Positions 53,640 through 64,000 of a stretch of 64,000 nt of DNA are shown piece by piece. The stretch comes from Eledone cirrhosa (lineage: Eukaryota), in the NCBI GenBank assembly GCA_964016885.1, contig OZ024741.1, positions 130,634,001 to 130,698,000 on the forward strand. The letters run 5' to 3'. Position numbers and translations under genes: made by a program. Under the pieces are notes generated by a model. It saw only the letters and a list, made by a program, of their open reading frames with translations. It made no database searches and was not told the DNA's origin. The first letter of the stretch is position 1; every line of letters begins with the position of its first letter.

Positions 53640-53822
53640 GATTGGCAGTATCGGTGGAGGGTCGGATGCCATGCTTTCCAGCATAGTTACGTCCCTTTAC
53701 GATCTGAGTTCAAATCCTGCCGAGGTTGACTTTGCCTTTCATCCTTACGGGGTCGATAAAATAAAGTACCAGTAATGCACTGGGTAATTGCTGGCCTTGT
53801 GCCTAAAGTAGAAACAATTATT
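53640..53822 (+). mobile_element. tRNA-derived SINE, full length
   Basis: A-box-like TGGCAGTATCGG, B-box GAGTTCAAATCC, core GCCTTTCATCCTTACGGGGTCGATAAAATAAAGTACCAG (reminiscent of the Meta-SINE domain), tail. Confidence 0.87.
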
Positions 53823-55179
53823 TGGGGCTGTTATATTATGAATAAGGTAGATGGACTTTCTTAATCACGAATATCACCTATACCTTTGGCTATCTATTCT
53901 TAAGTCCATTCATTTGGATACCAAAACACAAGAAAACGCTTCTTGTTCTTCATACAAAACTATATATATAAAAAATGAACATCACAATTGCTTCTACTTT
54001 AGGCACAAGGCTAGCAATATGAAGGGGAGGGAGAAAGTCGATTAAATCGATCCCAGTACTTATTGGTGCTTTATTTTCTCGATGCCGTAGGGATGAAAGG
54101 CAAAGCTTGCCTCGTGATATTACGTGAGAACATTCGCTAAGTTATTTTCCAAATCCCAGCTTAGTAGCTGGAGTTTGGAAAATAACTTAGAGAATGTTAA
54201 TGAGAAAGTTATGAGAAAGTTAATTATATTATAAAATGGTTTTAATATTTTCAAAATTATTTGAAAATTATAAGCAGCGACTTTCATTAGAAATAATGCA
54301 AGGACAGTATTAATTGGTCATTCAGTTTAACATCACTACCAACTGGATTTTGGCTGCCATTTAGAGGAGTTTCCTAATGTGGATAAAGATAATGACACCC
54401 ATTTTACTTTCTTTTGGGTATCATCTAACACCACTACTGGCCTTGTATTTCCTTTAGTGCAATCCACGTTTGTAGGAGATTTCACTAGTTAAAAACCACT
54501 ACCAAGTATAATTTGGTTGCCTTTAGCACAATGTACTTTTGTAGTAGACTTAATCAATCGCTCTGTTTAACACCAATCATACCTGACATTTCAGTACTAT
54601 TTTTCAGAAGTGATTATTTTACTGCAGTAATGTGCCAGCTTCAGCATTCGGCAATCAGAAGGGAGGAAAATGCCATACTTGTTATCTTCAATTCGGTATT
54701 CGTGCCAGCCTTTAAGGTCAGGAATTTTGGATAATGACTGAAAAAAAAAAGAAAATTTAAAATAAAAAAAAAAGATGATAGCTAATACAAGCAGCCGAAA
54801 TGGGGTTCCTTCGAGGGTTCTTTGGAGTAACATACTCGATAAAGTGCGTAGGTCGGAAATCAGAGAGTGGTTACAGGTAGAGCTATTGTTTCTCCAAATT
54901 GAGGGATCACAGGGCATGTGGTTAGAATTTCTTATGAAGAACCACCAGCCAGATTTTACTGGCAAAACCAACCGGCAAGAGACCAAGGGGTAAACCCCGA
55001 GCAAGATGGTTGGATAACATCCATTTCTGAAGAAGCCGCAAATAAATAGACTTACGAAACACAAGGTAAAAATAATGATTCTTATAGAAAAGAAATAATA
55101 GCAGGGGAAATAATCGGTTTTACTTTCATCGAGTAGTGTCCCTTTGGCATATTCTAAAAAAAAAAAAGTGGGGCGGAGT

Positions 55180-55360
55180 ATTGGCGGTATTGGTAGAGAG
55201 TCGGACGCCATGCTTTCCAGCATAGTTACATCCCATTACGGTCTGAGTTCAAATCCCGCCGAGGTTGACTTTGCCTTTCATCCTTACCGGGTCGATAAAA
55301 TAAAGTACCAGTAATGTACTAGGTATTTGCTGGCCTTGTGCCAAAAGTAGAAACAATTAT
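55180..55360 (+). mobile_element. tRNA-derived SINE, full length
   Basis: As 53640-53822. Confidence 0.87.
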
Positions 55361-55681
55361 TCTAAAAAATCAAATATTTTAAATGTGTTCTACATTGGGA
55401 GGGTCGTGCTGCCAATAAATAAATACACACGTACCAGTCAGGTTTCATCTCAATTTATTATTAAACATTTTCGTCACTTAGTTTAATAACAACAATTATC
55501 CGGTTATTAAACTCAACTGGTGCGTGTTTTCTTCCATTTTTTTTTTTTTTTTTTTTTTTTTGCAGCATAACCCTCCCAATGTATATCTGTGTCATCACAC
55601 GTTTTTACATAATAAAAGTCTTGCAAAACAAATACAATAATGAAGAATGTTTAAATATATATATAAAGAGAGAGAGACAGA

Positions 55682-55773
<92 letters not shown>

Positions 55774-56084
55774 TGATAGATAAACAAAATCCTTTGAATC
55801 GGACAAAATTACTCACAGTACTAATTTACGGCCTTATCCGTTTTGTGTTCAAATCTCTCCTATGGCGTAATGGTTAAACACACCTGCCCGTCGTATGAAA
55901 GATACCTGCTTCGGTTTTTCCTAAGCATTTGTGTCAACCTTTTCCTTCGCCAGGTGTACTTCACCCGATTTATTAAATTATTATTTATAGTTATCAAATA
56001 TCATAATAGTTATATGCTATGGTGACTATATTTTCAAATTTCATATTTCCTAACAAGCCTTGTATATATATATATATATATATA

Positions 56085-56221
56085 TAGAAGTGGTTACGCA
56101 ACAGTTAGTTCACTATATCGAGAACAATTGTTTCACCTTAGCGGATCCTCGAGCTGAGGATCCGCTAAGGTGAAACAATTGTTCTTGGTATGGTGAACTA
56201 ACTGTTATGTAACCACTTCTA
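56085..56221. repeat. ~65-bp-arm palindrome with a hammerhead-like core at its centre (56149-56188 +)
   Basis: CTGAGGA-TCCGCTAAGGT-GAAA-CAATTG-TT; (TA)n on the left. Confidence 0.6.
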
Positions 56222-56295
56222 CCTAACTCGTCCCATGGACTGAATGCTCTACCACTACGGATATTACCTTCCAGTGTTCTACCACTATATATATG

Positions 56296-56340
<45 letters not shown>

Positions 56341-56439
56341 ATACCTATATATATATATATATATATATATGTAGATATATATACATATATATAGATATAT
56401 ATATATTGGCTTTTTGCTACAATATTTTCTATACCTTTC

Positions 56440-56553
<114 letters not shown>

Positions 56554-56939
56554 CCCTATAAGTATACCTATCAATTAATTTAATTTCTTGTTATAGATCT
56601 AGATTCCTTGTGGTTTAAATAAGATTAGTATCTCTCACTAATACCCTTACCCTAAAATTTTATTTTCCTTCGTTTTTAACATTATTCTTTAATAACATCA
56701 AATTTTCGTGTACCCTTCACTGGCTTGACCTCTTTTCATCCCCAAAGTATTCTTTTTATTCAAAGTATTCTTTCCATTCAAAACATAAGTCTGCAGTCCT
56801 ATACCCCTAAATTAAATTTCTACTACTACTATTCTGTCAACTTGACCATTTACTACTTTTCTATTGGTCAATTCAAAACCTGTTCCCAAACAAACCTTTT
56901 ATATTAAATCTTTGTTGGTTTCTTTCAATAAACAAATCT

Positions 56940-57073
56940 CATCATTTCTGAAGACAGCATGTATATGTGAAGGTATGTATATTTCCTCTGATAATTTGTA
57001 ATATTTTTACATAGATGTATATGATATACATACCAACACACATATACATCCTAGAAACGATCGTAAAATGATG
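56940..57073 (+). ncRNA. Type I hammerhead with ~99-nt stem II
   Basis: CATCATTT-CTGAAGA-[99 nt hairpin]-GAAA-CGATCG-TA-AAATGATG; perfect 8-bp stem I, palindromic stem III. Confidence 0.72.
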
Positions 57074-57124
57074 AATTTTTAATATAATGAACTTTTTCTT
57101 TCTTTTTATTCATTGTTTTTATTA

Positions 57125-57232
<108 letters not shown>

Positions 57233-57337
57233 CTATATATATATATATATATATATAGTTATATATATATATATAGTTATATATATATATATATATATAT
57301 AGTTATATATATATATATATATATAGTTATATATATA

Positions 57338-58295
57338 TAAACAAATAACGAAACGAAATTAAATTTCGTTTCGTTTGTAACTCACTTTTGTATGACTGAC
57401 GCTTAAACAATTAAATTAAAAATGTACATCCACATATGTATACTGAAATACTAGTATGCATATGAATACACACACGTGTACATATGTAGATGTACCGAGT
57501 TTTTCACTGGACACTTTACTGTGAGTGTCCAGCTATTCTGTATGTAAACACACAGACAAACCGGTTTTTAGAGTCATACTGGTTTTCGAGGAAACACCTT
57601 TCCTCTATTCTCCAGAAAGCCAGACAAGGAATATTGGACTAGTTTCGATGTTGTTACATCTCATCAGCAATATTTACCTATCTTCCGGCCTTTCTAGAGA
57701 ATCGTAAAAGAACATATCGTTATATGCTTTTTCTATGAAAATTAGTAGTGGGCAGACTAATTCATAGTGTATTCATATGCATACTAGTATTTCAGTATAC
57801 ATATGTGGATGTACATTTTTAATTTAATTGTTTAAGCGTCAGTCATACAAAAGTGAGTTACAAACGAAACGAAATTTAATTTCGTTTCGTTATTTGTTTT
57901 TATCGTCTCCGCTGAACCGGTACGTACTCACGCTCTATGCAAATTAGTCTGCCCACTACTAATTTTCATAGAAAAAGCATATAACGATATGTTCTTTTAC
58001 GATTCTCTAGAAAGGCCGGAAGATAGGTAAATATTGCTGATGAGATGTAACAACATCGAAACTAGTCCAATATTCCTTGTCTGGCTTTCTGGAGAATAGA
58101 GGAAAGGTGTTTCCTCGAAAACCAGTATGACTCTAAAAACCGGTTTGTCTGTGTGTTTACATACAGAATAGCTGGACACTCACAGTAAAGTGTCCAGTGA
58201 AAAACTCGGTACATCTACATATGTACACGTGTGTGTATTCATATGCATACTAGTATTTCAGTATACATATGTGGATGTACATTTTTAATTTAATT
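57338..58295. mobile_element. Retrozyme-like non-coding element: 466-nt permuted monomer (1.13 units) plus inverted 425-bp copy, hammerheads 57630-57674 (-) and 58030-58074 (+)
   Basis: AATATTG-CTGATGA-GATGT aaca ACATC-GAAACTAGTC-CAATATT; direct repeat 57767/58233; (TA)n flanks. Confidence 0.8.
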
Positions 58296-58405
58296 ATATA
58301 TATATATATAGTTATATATATATATATATAGTTATATATATATATATATAGTTATATATATATATATAGTTATATATATATATATAGTTATATATATATA
58401 TATAG

Positions 58406-58540
<135 letters not shown>

Positions 58541-59963
58541 AAAGAATAGAGGTGTAACACACAAGTTATTATATATTGGTAAACGGAATAGAAAATGCTG
58601 ACAAATTGTTCACAGTTGAAAAATGGTTTAATTAGGAATAAAAGAGTATTAGTGATTGCATGGGTTAGTATTCAGTTGTGGTTTTAAGTTTTTAAGTTTT
58701 TACCGGTTGCGCATTTCTAAATGTTCGTTTTCTTTTATTTTTGTTTTGACATTTTTTTTTAAAGCCTGACGGAGCCCATCGCTCTCCAAGTCTGAACACA
58801 TCAGAGAAGGATAGAAAGTGAGAGAGAGGAAGTGAGTACGAGATATAGAGAAAGAGTCGATCCCAGTGCTAGACTGATACTTTTTTTATCGATTCGATTT
58901 CGAAAGAATGAAAGGTAAATTTGATTTCGGTGGGATTTGAACTCAGAGAGCAGTGAGCCGGAATGAATACTGCAAAGCATTTTATCCGACGTTCTAACGA
59001 CTCTACCAATTCACCGTCCTAACACCAATAATGATTTCTGATAAAGTAACAAAGCTAGTTATTTTGAGTAGAGGAGGATATGAAAATAACATTAACATCA
59101 GTGCATGACTGATCCTTTTTTTCCACCTCGGAATGATGAAAGACAAAGTTGTTTTCTGAGGAATTTGAATTCAGAATTCATAGAGCCATAACTAAAAGCC
59201 TCAATTCATTGTGTCCAACATTCTAACAATTCTACCAAACCATCTTTTACCACCATCTTAACAACAACAGTAGTAATTGTTTCCTCTTTTGGCACAAGAA
59301 CCGCATCTTGAAAGGTAAGAGGAGCGTCGATTTTAACAACCCCAGCGCGTTACTGGTACTTTATTTTACCGACATCGTAAAGATGAAAGGCAAAGCTAAC
59401 CTCATCGGAATTTGAACGCAGAACATAAAGTGTCGTAACTATATGTCGCAAGTATAGTTCTACCGATTCTGCCAAACACCAACTACAATACGTTGGAACC
59501 TCAGTCGCTTCTGAATATGGGTTTCCTCTTTGTTTGAATAACGGAATAGTCTACTCCTATAATAAGCTGGCAAGTGGCTGAGATTTCCACAGACACGTGC
59601 ACTCTTAACGTAGTTCTCAATGTGATTCGGTGTGAGTGACAACGTTGGCGCTTTGAAATACAATAAAACTCATTTTTGCCAGCCGATTGAAGTGGAGTAA
59701 CATGAATAAAGTACTCAACGCACTGCCGAGTATCGAACACACGTCTTTACGATCATGAGCCGAGCACTCTAACTATAAGCTATGTGCCTTCACATTTGTA
59801 CTATTGTTGTTGTTGTTGTTGTTGTCTTCGTCATTGTTAGTATTTTTGTGGTCTTCGTAATTGGCGTCGATGTCGTCATCATCATCTCTGTTGTTTCTGT
59901 TGCATTTGTTGTTGTTGACATCGTTTTTGTTGTTGCTGTTGCTGCTGTTGTTGTTGTTATTGC

Positions 59964-60003
<40 letters not shown>

Positions 60004-60049
60004 GCTGCTGATGTTGCGGTTGTTGTTGCTGCTGCTGTTGTTTTTGTTT

Positions 60050-60605
60050 TTTACCGCAGGCGCCTGAGGATTACCCTCAGTAGCGCTAGACTGAGGTGTG
60101 GGAGACGCACGAGTTCATCCATGCTGGAGCCGAGTTGGTTGGTTTGGTGTTTGTGCGGATCTTTCCTTGGCATAGGTGGCATCGGAGATTTTGATCACTT
60201 GCTGGCGATAGATGCGTTGGCTCGACGGCTGTTCCCCCGGCAGAGACTGCAGACGAAGGTTTGATGACTCTTCTGTTGAACTCGAGTGAAGCCGCTACAT
60301 TTCCTGTGGAAATCACGTCTGCAGGTCGTGCAGATGAATGGTGCGAAGTCACGGCGAATCGTCTTGGCACACCCTGGGCAGATGGGTCCGGGGTTGATCT
60401 CGATGTCGCCCGACAGGAGGAGGATTAACTGGAGATACAGGGCGGGAGTTGCACCCCTGGTTGTAGAAAAACGGTGCGTCTCCCACGACGCAGTCTCGGT
60501 AGGATATGGTGCGAGTTCGTAAGTCGCCTGGAGGTGACCCCAACACAGCACAGCTCTGTAAGGTCTCGGTCCATATAAACGTGCTACCGCCACTGTCACC
60601 ACAAG
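60050..60605 (-). mobile_element. 5' fragment of an APE-type LINE encoding a 2A-like peptide and PHD finger
   Basis: LLLSGDIEINPGP (DxExNPGP at 60384-60407) followed by CPGC..CTTC..H..C..CSLC (C4HC3). Confidence 0.8.
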
Positions 60606-60629
60606 TGTTATCGTCAATACCGCCGCCGC

Positions 60630-63600
60630 TGCTTCTGTTGTTGTCGTTGTCGTCGTTGTTGATGCTGTTGTTGTTGTTGCAGCTGCTGGTACTGTCGTTG
60701 TCATTATTGTTGTTGTTGCTGCCGTCGTTGTTATTGTTGTTATTGCCGTTGTTGTTGTCGTTGTCATTATTGTTGTTGTTGTTGCTGTCGTCATTGTTAT
60801 TGTTGTTATTGTCGTTGTTGTCGTTGTCATTATTGTTGTTGTTGTTGCTGTCGTCGTTGTTATTGTTGTTGTTGTTGCTGTCGTCATTGTTATTGTTGTT
60901 ATTGCCGTTGTTGTCGTTGTCATTATTGTTGCCGTTGTTGCTGTCGTCGTTGTTATTGTTGTTATTGCCGTTGTTGTCGTTGTCATTATTGTTGTTGTTG
61001 TTGCTGTCGTCGTTGTTATTGTTGTTGTTGTTGCTGTCGTCGTTGTTATTGTTGTTATTGCCGTTGTTGTCGTTGTCATTATTGTTGTTGTTGTTGCTGT
61101 CGTCGTTGTTATTGTTGTTATTGCCGTTGTTGTCGTTGTCATTATTGTTGTTGTTGTTGCTGTCGTCGTTGTTATTGTTGTTATTGCCGTTGTTGTCGTT
61201 GTCATTATTGTTGCCGTTGTTGCTGTCGTCGTTGTTATTGTTGTTATTGCCGTTGTTGTCGTTGTCATTATTGTTGTTGTTGTTGCTGTCGTCGTTGTTA
61301 TTGTTGTTGTTGTTGCTGTCGTCGTTGTTATTGTTGTTATTGCCGTTGTTGTCGTTGTCATTATTGTTGCCGTTGTTCCTGTCGTCGTTGTTATTGTTGT
61401 TATTGCCGTTGTTGTCGTTGTCATTATTGTTGCCGTTGTTCCTGTCGTCGTTGTTATTGTTGTTATTGCCGTTGTTGTCGTTGTCATTATTGTTGTTGTT
61501 GTTGCTGTCGTCATTGTTATTGTTGTTATTGCCGTTGTTGTCGTTGTCATTATTGTTGCCGTTGTTCCTGTCGTCGTTGTTATTGTTGTTATTGCCGCTG
61601 TTGTCGTTGTCATTATTGTTGTTGTTGTTGCTGTCGTCATTGTTATTGTTGTTATTGCCGTTGTTGTCGTTGTCATTATTGTTGTTGTTGTTGCTGTCGT
61701 CGTTGTTATTGTTGTTATTGCCGTTGTTGAGGTTGTCATTATTGTTGTTGTTGCTGTCGTCATTGTTATTGTTGTTATTGCCGTTGTTGTCGTTGTCATT
61801 ACTGTTGTTGTTGTTGCTGTCGTCGTTGTTATTGTTGTTATTGCCGTTGTTGTCGTTGTCATTATTGTTGCCGTTGTTCCTGTCGTCGTTGTTATTGTTG
61901 TTATTGCCGCTGTTGTCGTTGTCATTATTGTTGTTGTTGTTGCTGTCGTCATTGTTATTGTTGTTATTGCCGTTGTTGTCGTTGTCATTATTGTTGTTGT
62001 TGTTGCTGTCGTCGTTGTTATTGTTGTTATTGCCGTTGTTGAGGTTGTCATTATTGTTGTTGTTGCTGTCGTCATTGTTATTGTTGTTATTGCCGTTGTT
62101 GTCGTTGTCATTACTGTTGTTGTTGTTGCTGTCGTCGTTGTTATTGTTGTTATTGCCGTTGTTGTCGTTGTCATTATTGTTGTTGTTGTTGCTGTCGTCG
62201 TTGTTATTGTTGTTATTGCCGTTGTTGTCGTTGTCATTATTGTTGTTGTTGCTGTCGTCGTTGTTATTGTTGTTATTGCCGTTGTTGTCGTTGTCATTAT
62301 TGTTGTTGTTGCTGTCCTCATTGTTATTGTTGTTATTGCCGCTGTTGTCGTTGTCATTATTGTTGTTGTTGTTGCTGTCGTCATTGTTATTGTTGTTATT
62401 GCCGTTGTTGTCGTTGTTATTGTTGTTGTTGTTGCTGTCGTCATTGTTATTGTTGTTATTGCCGTTGTTGTCGTTGTCATTATTGTTGTTGTTGTTGCTG
62501 TCGTCATTGTTATTGTTGTTATTGCCGTTGTTGTCGTTGTCATTATTGTTGTTGTTGTTGCTGTCGTCATTGTTATTGTTGTTATTGCCGTTGTTGTCGT
62601 TGTCATTATTGTTGTTGTTGTTGCTGTCGTCGTTGTTATTGTTGTTATTGCCGTTGTTGTCGTTGTCATTATTGTTGTTGTTGCTGTCGTCGTTGTTATT
62701 GTTGTTATTGCCGTTGTTGTCGTTGTCATTATTGTTGTTGTTGCTGTCCTCATTGTTATTGTTGTTATTGCCGCTGTTGTCGTTGTCATTATTGTTGTTG
62801 TTGTTGCTGTCGTCATTGTTATTGTTGTTATTGCCGTTGTTGTCGTTGTTATTGTTGTTGTTGTTGCTGTCGTCATTGTTATTGTTGTTATTGCCGTTGT
62901 TGTCGTTGTCATTATTGTTGTTGTTGTTGCTGTCGTCATTGTTATTGTTGTTATTGCCGTTGTTGTCGTTGTCATTATTGTTGTTGTTGCTGTCGTCGTT
63001 GTTATTGTTGTTACTGCCGTTGTTGTCGTTGTCATTATTGCCGTTGTTGCTGTCGTCGTTGTTATTGTTGTTATTGCCGTTGTTGTCGTTGTCATTATTG
63101 TTGTTGTTGCTTTCGTCGTTGTTATTGTTGTTACTGCCGTTGTTGTCGTTGTCATTATTGTTGTTGTTGCTGTCGTCATTGTTATTGTTGTTATTGCCGT
63201 TGTTGTCGTTGTCATTATTGTTGTTGTTGCTGTCGTCATTGTTATTGTTGTTATTGCCGTTGTTGCTGTCGTCGTTGTTATTGTTGTTATTGCCGTTGTT
63301 GTCGTTGTCATTATTGTTGTTGTTGCTGTCGTCGTTGTTATTGTTGTTATTGCCGTTGTTGTCGTTGTCATTATTGTTGTTGTTGTTGCTGTCGTCATTG
63401 TTATTGTTGTTATTGCCGTTGTTGTCGTTGTCATTATTGTTGTTGTTGCTGTCGTCGTTGTTATTGTTGTTATTGCCGTTGTTGTCGTTGTCATTAGTGT
63501 TGTTGTTGCTGTCGTCGTTGTTATTGTTGTTATTGCCGTTGTTGTCATTGTCATTATTGTTGTTGTTGCTTTCGTCGTTGTTATTGTTGTTATTGCCGTT

Positions 63601-64000
63601 GTTGTCGTTGTCATTATTGTTGTTGTTGCTGTCGTCGTTGTTATTGTTGTTATTACCGTTGTTGTCGTTGTCATTATTGTTGTTGTTGCTGTCGTCATTG
63701 TTATTGTTGTTATTGCCGTTGTTGTCGTTGTCATTATTGTTGTTGTTGCTTTCGTCGTTGTTATTGTTGTTATTGCCGTTGTTGTCGTTGTCATTATTGT
63801 TGTTGTTGCTTTCGTCGTTGTTATTGTTGTTATTGCCGTTGTTGTCGTTGTCATTATTGTTGTTGTTGCTGTCGTCGTTGTTATTGTTGTTGTTGCTGTT
63901 GTTGTCGTTGTCATTAGTGTTGTTGTTGCTGTCGTCATTGTTATTGTTGTTATTGCCGTTGTTGTCGTTGTCATTATTGTTGTTGTTGCTTTCGTCGTTG
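60630..64000. repeat. AAC/GTT-derived minisatellite, ~60-63-bp unit with higher-order duplications, runs off window end
   Basis: Unit like GTTGTCGTTGTCATTATTGTTGTTGTTGCTGTCGTCGTTGTTATTGTTGTTATTGCCGTT. Confidence 0.92.

Noticed and set aside
53640-53720. tRNA genes at A/B-box sites
   Set aside because: No cloverleaf; these are SINE heads
57525-58179. Identical 60-aa ORFs on both strands
   Set aside because: By-product of the inverted repeat; no domain evidence
60630-63974. 1259-aa Thr-rich ORF as a mucin-like gene
   Set aside because: Stop-free by composition of the AAC-derived repeat; almost no Pro/Ser and no signal peptide or mucin domains visible

Overview
Repeat-dense animal (eukaryotic) genomic DNA with no recognisable host gene exon. 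The SINE and microsatellite landscape suggests a cephalopod (Octopus-like) genome; this is inferred, not proven. 1-20.6 kb is a pile-up of non-LTR retrotransposons around (ATT/AAT)n microsatellites: two Tx1/L1-clade elements with intact 1139-aa ORF2s, two R4/Dong-like RLE elements on the opposite strand, and one decayed RTE. A third, ORF1-only Tx1 copy lies at 31.3-33.6 kb. The rest holds Helitron, mariner, CR1/L2 and RTE remnants, many tRNA-derived SINEs, GGT- and AAC-derived minisatellites, a 2A-peptide/PHD LINE fragment, and about ten mostly (TA)n-embedded Penelope-like or retrozyme-like insertions with type I hammerhead ribozyme motifs, many as long fold-back palindromes. Highlights: (1) in all three Tx1 ORF1-ORF2 junctions the ORF1 stop codon lies inside a consensus 5' splice donor, and removing a 52-53 nt intron would fuse ORF1 to ORF2 in frame; (2) that donor is also where divergent ORF1s switch to a near-identical ORF2; (3) the dominant SINE tail resembles the Tx1 3' end and its ATT tails neighbour Tx1 insertions; (4) a dense, diverse set of hammerhead-bearing hairpin elements.
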